Virus record (IMG/VR): IMGVR_UViG_3300020112_000918
Location: 32,001-96,000 of that record
Strand: one strand, 5' to 3'
From: a virus
Lineage: Duplodnaviria; Caudoviricetes
DNA length: 64,000 nucleotides
How positions within the stretch are numbered: the first letter of the stretch is position 1; each line of letters opens with the position of its first letter. The position numbers and the translations under genes are program-made. Below are positions 36,782-45,701 of the stretch, piece after piece. Below the pieces are notes generated by a model. The model was given only the letters and a program-made list of their open reading frames with translations. It ran no database searches and had not been told where the DNA came from.

Positions 36782-37015
36782 AATTTGTATTCTCCTATTT
36801 AAGTGTTCTACAAGTAGAACAAAATGAGCTAAAAGTAAAGTTTAAAATCCGCAAAAGCGAATTATTTAGGACGAACTACATAAAAGAGTTTCTTTTTAGC
36901 TGGACTCAACTAACCCATATATTCAGGTCCCGTTGTGCAATGAAAGAAGTTCCTTCATTTTTCATTCGATAATAAAATAGGGTCACGAAAAAATAATACT
37001 CCCTATTTAAGTATT

Positions 37016-37627
37016 ATGACTTTAGCCAAAGGATCAATTGTTACTATATCACATCTTCCAGGTGAAGATGAAAGCACCGCAATCTCAGCAGCTCTTGAAG
37101 AAGACCTTGTTCTAGGACTTTCATCTGATTTTTCTCAGTTAGTAGAAGACAATGAAAATAAGGCTCTTACTGTTTTGGGTGGAGCCTTGAAAACAATTTC
37201 CGGAGGAGCTCTTGGAGGTTCAGGTCAGATAAAACAGGCTGGATTTCAGATCTGGAATAGGACCAAACCGATTATAATTAACCTAAACTTAGGTTTCTAT
37301 CGAAAAATAAACGCTGCAGATGATATAGCGTGGAGCGTTAGAACCTTACTTAAACTTCCTCTCCCAGGAGAAACAAAAGCAGGAGTTCTCATACCTCCAG
37401 GACCTTCAGTAATCGAAGCTCTCGGAATCGAGCCTTCTTCTGCAGGAACAGACTCCTATGTAAACCTAGACATCGGAGGAATCTCAATTCCTAAATGTAT
37501 TATGACTCAGGCAGATCCGACTTACTCTAAGTATCAGGATTCTAGTGGTTACCCTATTCACGTAAGAGTAAGCTGTGTTTTTCAAACAATGTACTCCGGA
37601 ACAAAAGCAATGATGGAAACAGTATAA
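37016..37627 (+). CDS. baseplate/tube-associated protein
   Basis: Tube-fold-like C-terminus (IGGISIPKCIMT..DPTYS..DSSGYP); leaderless, divergent from capsid. Confidence 0.5.
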   Translation: MTLAKGSIVTISHLPGEDESTAISAALEEDLVLGLSSDFSQLVEDNENKALTVLGGALKTISGGALGGSGQIKQAGFQIWNRTKPIIINLNLGFYRKINAADDIAWSVRTLLKLPLPGETKAGVLIPPGPSVIEALGIEPSSAGTDSYVNLDIGGISIPKCIMTQADPTYSKYQDSSGYPIHVRVSCVFQTMYSGTKAMMETV

Positions 37628-37635
37628 AACAAAAT

Positions 37636-37660
37636 GACCCTCCCGAAAAGGAGGGTCTTT
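37636..37660. terminator. terminator between convergent genes
   Basis: GACCCTCC-CGAAAA-GGAGGGTC-TTT. Confidence 0.8.
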
Positions 37661-37677
37661 CTTAGCTATGTATTTTA

Positions 37678-38103
37678 TTACTTGGCTAACTTTTTCACGA
37701 TAGTAAACTCTTCCATTTTCCAGAGCTTTACGAATTCCTTAACGCTGTTTTCCAGAGCTTCATAGTCATCTGTTCCGATAAACACGTTAGCTCCTCGAAT
37801 ACGAATGTCAACTTCTGGGTACATTCTCTTAACAGAAGCCCAACACTTTATGAATGAGGACTCGATAAGAGAATTGTAATGGAAGTTTTTGTCCTTCTCG
37901 CTTACGCTAAACGACATCATCAGGTTAAAGGTAACGTTAATTGAAGAAGGATTTTTCAAAATTACTGTTGCAGGAAATTCGTTCTTCATAGTTACATAAC
38001 GCTGGATAACGAGTTCCTCTCTCATAAATTCTAAAAGACTTTTGACTTCTACCTTTGCTTGAGGTGCAGCCATTTCTTTCAGTACCCTAGGTTTTCTAAT
38101 CAT
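37678..38103 (-). CDS. hypothetical protein
   Basis: 141-aa ORF with AAGGAG; VLKE|M leader. Confidence 0.6.
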   Translation of the reverse strand: MIRKPRVLKEMAAPQAKVEVKSLLEFMREELVIQRYVTMKNEFPATVILKNPSSINVTFNLMMSFSVSEKDKNFHYNSLIESSFIKCWASVKRMYPEVDIRIRGANVFIGTDDYEALENSVKEFVKLWKMEEFTIVKKLAK

Positions 38104-38114
38104 GGTTTACTCCT

Positions 38115-38822
38115 TTATTGAATACTCTCTAAAAGAGAACGGGTCTCTTTTATTTTCTTAACACAGGCATTTTCTTTAAAGAAAGGATCCTTGAAAAGAT
38201 TTTCATTCTCTTCATAGGTTTTGATTTTCTTCTCGAGAGCTCCTTCGCAAAGAATAAGGGCTTCCTCAAAAAAGTCGTTCACAATATCTTTAATAATCTT
38301 TTCTGAGTTCTGTAAAACAGGAAAGGCAACGGAACAAGGTGAAGACTTAAGCCGGAATTCATTATCCTGATATTCATCAAACATCTTATTGGTTATTATG
38401 TCTATAAGAGGTTGTCGGTTTCCTCGAGAGAGCTTTTGAATAAAATCACTTCTAGCATAGTAAGCTACTAAGATTTCTTCAAACACGCACCCCATTGTAA
38501 AGCCCGCAAAAAAGCAGCTTACGTTCAGGGACTTAATAAAATCGTGCTTTCTACGTTTAGCACAAAATCTTAAATCGACAGCAAGATCCTGATCAATCTT
38601 ATCTATAGCACTACGCAAATCTTCTTTCAGGAAAGCATCATGTCTGCTTGCGTCAAGAACTTTTTTAGAACCACCTATGGTCAGACTCTTGAATGAAATA
38701 CCATAACTTGCAACGAGCCAAGCTACAGTTCCAACAACAATTACCAGTAAGCATCCTAATATGATTGCTTGAGGAATAGAAAGACCAGAATACGCTGTGA
38801 TTACTTTATCAGCGTTTTCCAT
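38115..38822 (-). CDS. membrane-anchored protein
   Basis: N-terminal TM then helical domain. Confidence 0.6.
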   Translation of the reverse strand: MENADKVITAYSGLSIPQAIILGCLLVIVVGTVAWLVASYGISFKSLTIGGSKKVLDASRHDAFLKEDLRSAIDKIDQDLAVDLRFCAKRRKHDFIKSLNVSCFFAGFTMGCVFEEILVAYYARSDFIQKLSRGNRQPLIDIITNKMFDEYQDNEFRLKSSPCSVAFPVLQNSEKIIKDIVNDFFEEALILCEGALEKKIKTYEENENLFKDPFFKENACVKKIKETRSLLESIQ

Positions 38823-38832
38823 TTTTGTCTCC

Positions 38833-39276
38833 TTAATTCAAACTGTTTAAATAGGTTTTTACAGTATTCAGAACCTTTGCCCAGTCTACTTGTTCTGTAT
38901 AATTAGGAAGTACAGGGCAGCCTACTGCACGGTCGTCGATGTAAAGATCAGCAATCATTTTTTGAGAACCTGAGCTAAACAGCTGTATTTCTTTTCCTGA
39001 CAAACTTCTACACAAGAGCTTTCCGTTTACGTCGCTCATAGGAATAAAGATTTCTGTCAGGTCGTTTGCAGCTAAAAAGTCATAAACGTAGCTCAGTTCT
39101 TTTTCTTCGTTAAGATTTCGACAAGTCCAGAGAACTAAAACAACGCTGTGGCGAATACACCAGTCATAAAACTTACCGAAGCCATATGAAAGATGAGATT
39201 CTTCTATGGGAGTTCCATAAGCTGCTGGAAGTCGAATAGTTCCGTCAAAGTCTACGGATATAACTAGGTTTCTCAT
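38833..39276 (-). CDS. HAD-superfamily hydrolase (capsule/BT0820-like)
   Basis: VDFDGTI, LWTCR, K..ADLYIDDRA. Confidence 0.85.
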   Translation of the reverse strand: MRNLVISVDFDGTIRLPAAYGTPIEESHLSYGFGKFYDWCIRHSVVLVLWTCRNLNEEKELSYVYDFLAANDLTEIFIPMSDVNGKLLCRSLSGKEIQLFSSGSQKMIADLYIDDRAVGCPVLPNYTEQVDWAKVLNTVKTYLNSLN

Positions 39277-39292
39277 AAGATCTCCTTAAAAT

Positions 39293-39370
39293 AAGAACGG
39301 GGAGGATTCGAACCTCCACAATTCAGAACAGGCTACAAGTTCTAGTGTCTACCTTTTGCACCACCGTTCC
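39293..39370 (-). tRNA. aberrant tRNA (Leu-like D arm, 9-nt anticodon loop TTGTAGCCT)
   Basis: Acceptor GGAACGG/CCGTTCT, T arm GGAGG-TTCGAAT-CCTCC, anticodon stem AGAAC/GTTCT; identity uncertain. Confidence 0.6.
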
Positions 39371-39382
39371 TGCAGTTAGTAT

Positions 39383-39712
39383 TTACGATTTTGCTTTCTT
39401 GACGACAATCGCCCCGAAGATAATATCCAGAATAATTACAACGCCACCAATAACGGATTCAATAATAGACCCAGAAATTCCGGCTACCGTTAAAGCTGCT
39501 ACACCCAAAGTCATTAGTACTACAAATACCCAGCACTTCCAGCCTTTTACCTCATCTTTCATCAAGATGTCAAAGATAGAAGTTACAGCACCTGCAATAA
39601 TGAGGGCAACAGCGATGATGTCTGCTACAGGCATCTTAACAAGGTATCCTACTACGATACCTGCTACCAAAAGAATAAGACCTACAATAGTCTTCCAAGA
39701 AAATTTAGTCAT
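39383..39712 (-). CDS. four-TM membrane protein (holin-like)
   Basis: Four hydrophobic helices, basic C-terminus, CCTATTT at 39740-39746. Confidence 0.6.
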   Translation of the reverse strand: MTKFSWKTIVGLILLVAGIVVGYLVKMPVADIIAVALIIAGAVTSIFDILMKDEVKGWKCWVFVVLMTLGVAALTVAGISGSIIESVIGGVVIILDIIFGAIVVKKAKS

Positions 39713-39754
39713 TTAGACCTCCTTGCTTTTCAGCTAAGAAAATAGGAGAAAAAC

Positions 39755-39787
39755 AAAAAAGACCTGAAACTTTTTGTTCCAGGTCTT
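39755..39787 (-). terminator. terminator ending the ncRNA tract
   Basis: AGACCTGGAAC-AAAAA-GTTTCAGGTCT-TTTTT on minus strand. Confidence 0.75.
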
Positions 39788-39939
39788 CTAATACAGAGAA
39801 AACGAGAGCCTTTGGCTTTCGAACACTACCAATAGTCTACTCACCTTAGATACTCTCTAGTCGTGTCCTACTGCAGATAAGACTTTTACGTCCGACTCAG
39901 ACGGTCAAGATTTTTGGTAAGGCTCATTGACAGCACTTT

Positions 39940-40003
39940 AGGACCAAAGAGGAATTGAACCTCTAATTTCTTTGCCAAAGGAATCCTGAGACCTTGTTAG
40001 CCC
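39940..40003 (-). ncRNA. tRNA-like element (D-armless, Ala-like)
   Basis: GGGCTAA/TTGGTCC with G3.U70, loop TT-GGC-AA, T arm AGAGG-TTCAATT-CCTCT. Confidence 0.55.
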
Positions 40004-40141
40004 TATCCGAGTTTACGTTTCGAAAAACGAAGAGCCTTGCACTCTTGCGGAAGTTTTAGTAGCCACGTATGCGATTCTGTGGTATTTGTGCTACCCGTTC
40101 GACTTCTAAACTAGTTGTGACAAGCGACGCAGTCACATATG

Positions 40142-40204
40142 CGGGATATCAGGTATCGAACCTGTTAGTAACTAAGTTACTCCGTAAGCCAACTACGGTA
40201 TCCC
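40142..40204 (-). ncRNA. compact tRNA-like element (63 nt)
   Basis: GGGATA/TATCCC, D arm CCGTA-GTTGGCT-TACGG, AGTAAC-TTA-GTTACT arm, T arm CAGG-TTCGATA-CCTG. Confidence 0.6.
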
Positions 40205-40322
40205 AAGAAAAATGCTCAAGCAAGTGGGAGAAGAGCTTGAACGTATAAGGGATGCTCCGGAGAGCACCTCCACTACTCTGTTTGTTCTTTTCCAGAAGCT
40301 GCAAACAGAGAAAAAAGCCTAG

Positions 40323-40695
40323 TGGAGCATAGGGGAATTGAACCCCTGTCCGAGAAATAGCAACGTAACTACTTTTATACGGTCGTAAGCAACCTGTTTT
40401 AGCAGATGGCATTGTTGCGTTGCCACGATGAATAACCCTGTAATTTCTCATCAGAGTGCAGGATCTGCTTAACTCACTTACTGATGATAGACCTCTCATG
40501 TTTCGCAGGATTCCCCTTAGGAAGTCTTGAAAAGGGATCTGCACCTGAGCTCACGCAGTCTCAGGGAAAGCACTGCTTACGCAGCAGCTTTCATTGAGTA
40601 ATCGTTGTCGGTTACTTTAACTTGAACTGTTAAGGACGTTCTAGCCCTGACCGATAGCTAAATTCCTGATAACCCGTCGAAACCAAGAATGCCCC
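40323..40695 (-). ncRNA. ssrA: tmRNA
   Basis: 5' GGGGCATTCTTGGTTTCGAC, 3' GGACAGGGGTTCAATTCCCCTATGCTCCA, G3.U70 pair, tag (A)DNDYSMKAAA* at 40577-40609. Confidence 0.95.
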
Positions 40696-40702
40696 GTAGT
40701 AT

Positions 40703-40876
40703 TTAATTAGACCTGTAAGGCTTATTTCCTTCTTCTAAAGTAAGGTTACGAGCCTTTTCTTCGAATCCTCTTGATGCATTTGCATAAAAGACCTTAAGAT
40801 TTCCGTCTTTTGTTTTGAGAGCTTTTGCAACGCACTTATCTCTCTGATCCATTAAGTGTTGGTAAACTGTTTTCAT
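40703..40876 (-). CDS. small hypothetical protein (57 aa, not in ORF track)
   Basis: MKTVYQHLMDQRDKC...; promoter 40892-40902 and GGAGG; cotranscribed with tmRNA. Confidence 0.65.
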   Translation of the reverse strand: MKTVYQHLMDQRDKCVAKALKTKDGNLKVFYANASRGFEEKARNLTLEEGNKPYRSN

Positions 40877-40920
40877 ACCGTTCCTCCAACTATTATAATT
40901 CCCCAGAGAGATAAAAAGGT

Positions 40921-41106
40921 TTAATTTTTAGCCAAAATTCTTTCCAGATATTGTGTTCTGCAAGCAAGACAAAAAGTTACTCCGTAGGTTAAATCTTTAA
41001 AGGCTACGTCTACTCGAGGAACAATTTTCTTTTCACAGTTATCACAAATTAACTCTTTTTCAAAGAATATGTTTTTAAGAGTTAATGTAGGTTTGTTTTC
41101 TGGCAT
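40921..41106 (-). CDS. small zinc-binding protein
   Basis: CDNC...CLAC. Confidence 0.55.
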   Translation of the reverse strand: MPENKPTLTLKNIFFEKELICDNCEKKIVPRVDVAFKDLTYGVTFCLACRTQYLERILAKN

Positions 41107-41109
41107 AAA

Positions 41110-41505
41110 TTAGTATCCTATGTACTGCTGAGGATTCATGCTTGGAGGTGGAAGACCCTGAGCCTTTGCATAAGCAAGGGCTACTGGCTTGTCCATTGGA
41201 GTTTTAGGATCCCAGTAAAGTTTTCCAGAACCTGTCCAAGTAAGCATGAAAGAACCCTTGATTCCGAACTGCTGATAAATAGTCTGAAGAACAGCTCCAG
41301 CTGTCTGCATGTCAGGAACTTCTGCGACAACATTTTTCATAGCATTGATCTTTGTTTTAAGACCCATTGCAAGACAAGTGTCGTAAATGCTGTCCTGGCG
41401 AACTACATCAGTAATTTTAGGATTTACAACAGTTCCAGCTGCTTTAACGATGGCTGGAGCATCTGCTTCATGTAATCTCTGTTTTGATTCAGTTACTCTA
41501 ATCAT
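41110..41505 (-). CDS. hypothetical protein (possible internal head protein)
   Basis: MIRVTE|S..RLHE|A leaders. Confidence 0.6.
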   Translation of the reverse strand: MIRVTESKQRLHEADAPAIVKAAGTVVNPKITDVVRQDSIYDTCLAMGLKTKINAMKNVVAEVPDMQTAGAVLQTIYQQFGIKGSFMLTWTGSGKLYWDPKTPMDKPVALAYAKAQGLPPPSMNPQQYIGY

Positions 41506-41508
41506 AGA

Positions 41509-42006
41509 TTATTCTCCTTGTGTATTTTCAACTTCTGAACGTTTAGCGTAGACAGAAGTATTTTCCTTGATACGATTAGGTAGAGTAAAAGACTCTGTAA
41601 ATTCTTCGTCGTAGAACCATCCTTCAAAAGTTTCTGGGTTTTCTACAGAAGGCATCTTTTCAACGTCAATAAAATCCCCACAGAAAACTTCAACAGGAGT
41701 TACAAGATCTCCGTCGTAAAAGCTAACTGTCTGCATAGGAATCTCCGTGCCAATAGAAGCCAGAGCCTTAAAAATCCAGTCAAAGTCTTTACCTGCAAAT
41801 TCAATAGAACGAGATTTACAGTAGATCTTGAACGTATCTGTTTCCGGAGAGTAAGATACAAAATCGTGAGTTTCTTTCTCGACCCCGTACTTGTTCTTTT
41901 CTGTTCTATAAATCTTAACAGAAGTAGGCAAAGCCTGTTTTCCTGAGTAGATTGTATTTTCCGCAGACTGCTGCTGCGCAAGTAATAATTTTCTTTGAGT
42001 GCTCAT
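41509..42006 (-). CDS. protein with InlB B-repeat (Listeria-Bacteroides repeat)
   Basis: TVSFYDG...FEGWFYDEEFT...VYAK. Confidence 0.7.
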   Translation of the reverse strand: MSTQRKLLLAQQQSAENTIYSGKQALPTSVKIYRTEKNKYGVEKETHDFVSYSPETDTFKIYCKSRSIEFAGKDFDWIFKALASIGTEIPMQTVSFYDGDLVTPVEVFCGDFIDVEKMPSVENPETFEGWFYDEEFTESFTLPNRIKENTSVYAKRSEVENTQGE

Positions 42007-42023
42007 AATTCTAAATAGGCTTT

Positions 42024-43184
42024 TTAGTCTTTGAAAGCTCTAGTCTCAAGAATAGAATCCTTGACAGGTTTTACAGAAGTTCTACACAGAACCAGTCGAG
42101 TAGAAGGACGAGAACTTTCGCCGTTCCAGTTATGATAGCTCTGTTCAATAAGCCAGTTTCCTGAATAAAACTCAGACAGCTGTTCTTCTCCTTCAGCGTT
42201 TAAGCAGTTTACCTTAAGTTCTACAACTTTCCCAGCAACACAGTCAGCGTTAAAAGGAACTATACAAAGAGCCTTATCCAGAACAAACTTCATCGAAGAT
42301 GAATAAAGTCCTACGTTGAGTTTTTCGTATTCTACAGCAGGATTAAACTGGCGACCGAAATAAACGTTATGGCACATTTTATTTTCAGACAGCAGAGGAA
42401 TTTTGTCTACAGCATCTGCAGCAACTGATTTATCTTCTACTACGAATTCCTGATCAGCGTTAAACACTTTTCCGGAAGTTCGCATATACGGATATACGGA
42501 GTTACCTCGCTCATTAAACGGAAGGAAGCCCGTTATTACAGTAGATTCATCATCCTGCTCTGAAAGATTTGCCTTTAGTTCAAAAGAAGCAACTGCAGAG
42601 CTTGTTTCAAGTTTACTTACAGAGCAGAAATGAAGCACGCCTGTAAGATCTCTAAAGAATACATAAGGATTTACTTTCCCGTTATTTGCTGCAGAAAGAA
42701 GTAAATCTTTAGTAACTGCATAAGGGTCTTCAAAAGCGTAAGTAGAGATATTTCCTTTAGTTGCTTCTACATCTAATTCTGACTCGTCTGAAAAGAGTTC
42801 AGAAACACAGTCGCTTATAGGCTTTTCGATAAAAGACAACTTAGGGTTTTCCCGATTCTTAAAATAAGATTCGTGTAAAGCGTAGATCTTTAGAACTCCG
42901 GACAAACGAGGAGCACTTCCTGCTTCTTTTATAGAGTCTCTACCGACAGAGCACCAATTAGTTTCAAGCAGCTTGTCTGAAGTTCCAAAAACGGTTTTTA
43001 GCTTTATTCCTTCCATAAAAGAGCCATACTCAAGAGCAAGCCCTGACAAGTCTGGATAAACTAGTTCAAAGTCAGGAAAAGGAGAGAAAATAGAATCGTG
43101 AATCGAGAACCCTATCTCTTTTCGGGATAGGAATTCTGAACTTTCTTCAATAGAAACACTTACCTTAAATTCATCATCAGCCAT
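42024..43184 (-). CDS. baseplate hub/tail protein (gp27/late-control-D-like)
   Basis: YVFFRDLTG.LHF, AGKVVEL, YSGNWLIEQSYH. Confidence 0.7.
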   Translation of the reverse strand: MADDEFKVSVSIEESSEFLSRKEIGFSIHDSIFSPFPDFELVYPDLSGLALEYGSFMEGIKLKTVFGTSDKLLETNWCSVGRDSIKEAGSAPRLSGVLKIYALHESYFKNRENPKLSFIEKPISDCVSELFSDESELDVEATKGNISTYAFEDPYAVTKDLLLSAANNGKVNPYVFFRDLTGVLHFCSVSKLETSSAVASFELKANLSEQDDESTVITGFLPFNERGNSVYPYMRTSGKVFNADQEFVVEDKSVAADAVDKIPLLSENKMCHNVYFGRQFNPAVEYEKLNVGLYSSSMKFVLDKALCIVPFNADCVAGKVVELKVNCLNAEGEEQLSEFYSGNWLIEQSYHNWNGESSRPSTRLVLCRTSVKPVKDSILETRAFKD

Positions 43185-43194
43185 CTAAAGCTCC

Positions 43195-43500
43195 TTAAGT
43201 ACGATTCTTAACGTAGAACGAATTTAGGTCACTGTTACTAGGAACATTTAGTTCTGTTCCTGGCGCCATTTCTCTACGAGAACTAATGTTGTTTAGCCAG
43301 AGTATAATATCTTCTGAGTTGTTATTGCCCCGTAAATCTGCAAAGAACAGATCAGGACGGTAGTAATTTTCTTCACGAACTATTACCTGTTCATAAGGGT
43401 CTTTTGCTACAAACTTATCTAAAGGAAGAGAAAGACAGTCGGGGTAAACAGTTCCGTCTGCTTGAGTTTGAGTAGTCATAAAATCGTAACGAGTTATCAT
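43195..43500 (-). CDS. baseplate wedge protein gp53/LysM-like
   Basis: YRPDL...IILWLNNI...PGTELNVP. Confidence 0.75.
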   Translation of the reverse strand: MITRYDFMTTQTQADGTVYPDCLSLPLDKFVAKDPYEQVIVREENYYRPDLFFADLRGNNNSEDIILWLNNISSRREMAPGTELNVPSNSDLNSFYVKNRT

Positions 43501-44294
43501 TAGTTATCCTCCCAAGCTCTATTAGAAAAAATAGCCCCTACTGTTTCTTCAATAGGAATATCTTCGTGAATCGGAATTCCTGCGTCAGCTGCAAAATCCA
43601 GCATAACTTTTTTAGTTATCCAGTAGCGATGACGGTCTTCATTCATTATCCAAGTTCCACAAGGTAAGTCTACTGTAACGGTCTGGATCCTGTTTTTCTC
43701 AAGCCAATCTCTATCTGTAAAGTCCGCATTCATATGCGTTGTTGTAGAGCAAACAACAATGTTCTTCAAAGTCTGTTCAGTTCCGTCTTCAGCTGTAGTG
43801 TCAATGAATGATTCAAGCAGTGTTTCATTAGAATCTGTCCAAAGCATCTTGGAAGTGATATATTGCAAGTCTACGTCTTCCTGACAAACAAGAATTGCTG
43901 TATAGTTAAAGGTTGCTGGAGTTAAGCGAACTTTACGTCCAAGCTCTTCCATCCACATTCCTTCAACGTTCAGAGCTTGATTAAACCAAGTTCTTTCGTG
44001 ACTTGTAGAAGCTGAATCCTGATTAAGCCGAAAAGCACAAAAAGGAAAGTCAAGAACTCCCCCATTTTTATTCCCTTTTCCCTGCTGAACAAGAGCGTTT
44101 ACCTGCTGCTGACGTTTACGAAACATAAGGTCGGGAGAAGACCAGACTACTCGAGTCAAATCTCCTCCGAAGAAAGTGTCTGCAAAAAAGCGATACACCG
44201 CAATGTTAGTAGAGAGGATATTGTTGTAAAACGGTTTTTCAAACCATCCTTTTCCCTTCTGCTGGAAAAAGCTGTCATCTCTTTTGTCAGCCAT
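43500..44294 (-). CDS. tail completion/terminator-like protein (gp15-like)
   Basis: FPFCAF, P.TFNY, context among neck/baseplate genes. Confidence 0.5.
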   Translation of the reverse strand: MADKRDDSFFQQKGKGWFEKPFYNNILSTNIAVYRFFADTFFGGDLTRVVWSSPDLMFRKRQQQVNALVQQGKGNKNGGVLDFPFCAFRLNQDSASTSHERTWFNQALNVEGMWMEELGRKVRLTPATFNYTAILVCQEDVDLQYITSKMLWTDSNETLLESFIDTTAEDGTEQTLKNIVVCSTTTHMNADFTDRDWLEKNRIQTVTVDLPCGTWIMNEDRHRYWITKKVMLDFAADAGIPIHEDIPIEETVGAIFSNRAWEDN

Positions 44295-44302
44295 AGGTTC
44301 TC

Positions 44303-44641
44303 CTAGTCAGCTAAAACAAGGTCGATTAAATCTTTCTTGTTCAATTCTGATATATCTCTCTTATCGTATCCTTTGTTAATCAGATAGATTTTAAGGTCAG
44401 CTACAGTTGCTTTTTCAACAAAAGCCTGACGATCATCTGGAGCTGCTTCTTCCTGTCTTTCCATAGGAGCTACTGTTTCATAAGCCCCGTTCTTGAATTC
44501 TGATACTTCAATCTGAGGATTCTTTGAACACTGCTTAAACAGTGAAGTTGAAACAAACTCATTCCACCTGTCTGAAATGAGCTTACCATCGATAAAAACT
44601 CCTCCAGGGATAGAAGTTCTTGCTTTAAAAATTGTTTCCAT
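44303..44641 (-). CDS. hypothetical protein with C-terminal SAP/Rho-N-like motif
   Basis: TVADLKIYL...NKKDLIDLV. Confidence 0.55.
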   Translation of the reverse strand: METIFKARTSIPGGVFIDGKLISDRWNEFVSTSLFKQCSKNPQIEVSEFKNGAYETVAPMERQEEAAPDDRQAFVEKATVADLKIYLINKGYDKRDISELNKKDLIDLVLAD

Positions 44642-44642
44642 T

Positions 44643-45701
44643 TTAATCTCCTTGTGTCTTGCCTTTTCCAGCAGACTTTTTTGGCGTAGTTGTATATTTT
44701 ACAGGTGCGGAAACATTCTGTCCCTGAGCCTGTGCCTGAACTACCTTCTTAGCAGAAGCATAATTAAAGGTGAATCCTGCATCGAGAATTCCCATAGCCT
44801 TAAGCTGTTTAGATACCTTAGAGGTCATGTTGTTCAAGAAGAAATCAATGTTCATTATCAAAGCTGTCATATGCTTAGACAAGAAGTATTCTCCTCCGTG
44901 AATTTTATTCCAGTGCTTCGGAGGAATAGTAACTTCATAAATTGAAGCATCTAACTGACTTAGATTATAGGCGAATCCTTGCCAGTAAAGAGAAGGATCG
45001 TCATCCCACATCTTTATAGCACAAGCAAGCATCGCATCTTTTAGGTCTGCTGGTGTAAAAGGCTGACCATCTGGCATAGTATCTAAAAGCCATGTAAAGA
45101 ACTTTTCCATGCGAAAAGTAATTCTGTAAGTTCCTGAAGGATTACGAATAAGGTTGAATCCGTTTGAAGGATCAGTTCTATATTTGGTTGTCCCGTCAGG
45201 AGTCACCTGAGACAAAAAGTCAAACTCAGCATAGTCATTAGCTCTATCTAAGTGGGAAGAAACTAATTTAACGTATTTTATTTCGTTTCCTCCCCCAAGG
45301 AGCTTTTTACGAGCTTTACGGGTTGCCTGAACTCTGGCAGAAACAGCTGCTGCTGACTTGAAATCTTTCAGATTCATGTCTTCTACAAGAATAGAAGAAC
45401 TTTCTCTTAAGAACATCTGCTGGAATCTACCTGACAAGTCAATACGAATAAACAAAGCACCAAGAGGGTCTCCGTAGAATTGTTCAATAGGAAGAATGTT
45501 TGTTAAAGACATTCTTTTTCCATAACGGAAAGGAATTACAGAAGCAAACTCATGTCTGTGACACGCTACAGAAGTAAGAGGAATGTCTGGTTTTCTACTA
45601 TCAAAGAAAACAAAGTAGATACGAGTAGGAGCTCCTATAAGACGAGCGTAATATACCTTTTCAATGTTCTCTAAGCCGAGTTCCTGTTTGAGATTATTCA
45701 T
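44643..45701 (-). CDS. hypothetical virion/head protein
   Basis: 352-aa ORF in structural operon. Confidence 0.6.
   Translation of the reverse strand: MNNLKQELGLENIEKVYYARLIGAPTRIYFVFFDSRKPDIPLTSVACHRHEFASVIPFRYGKRMSLTNILPIEQFYGDPLGALFIRIDLSGRFQQMFLRESSSILVEDMNLKDFKSAAAVSARVQATRKARKKLLGGGNEIKYVKLVSSHLDRANDYAEFDFLSQVTPDGTTKYRTDPSNGFNLIRNPSGTYRITFRMEKFFTWLLDTMPDGQPFTPADLKDAMLACAIKMWDDDPSLYWQGFAYNLSQLDASIYEVTIPPKHWNKIHGGEYFLSKHMTALIMNIDFFLNNMTSKVSKQLKAMGILDAGFTFNYASAKKVVQAQAQGQNVSAPVKYTTTPKKSAGKGKTQGD

Noticed and set aside
40165-40180. TTA loop as an ochre-suppressor anticodon, or genetic-code reassignment
   Set aside because: The arm pairs down to a 3-nt loop, lacks U33, and TAA/TAG/TGA all act as normal stops in this window
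40149-40544. 131-aa ORF
   Set aside because: Runs through the tmRNA and a tRNA-like element; spurious
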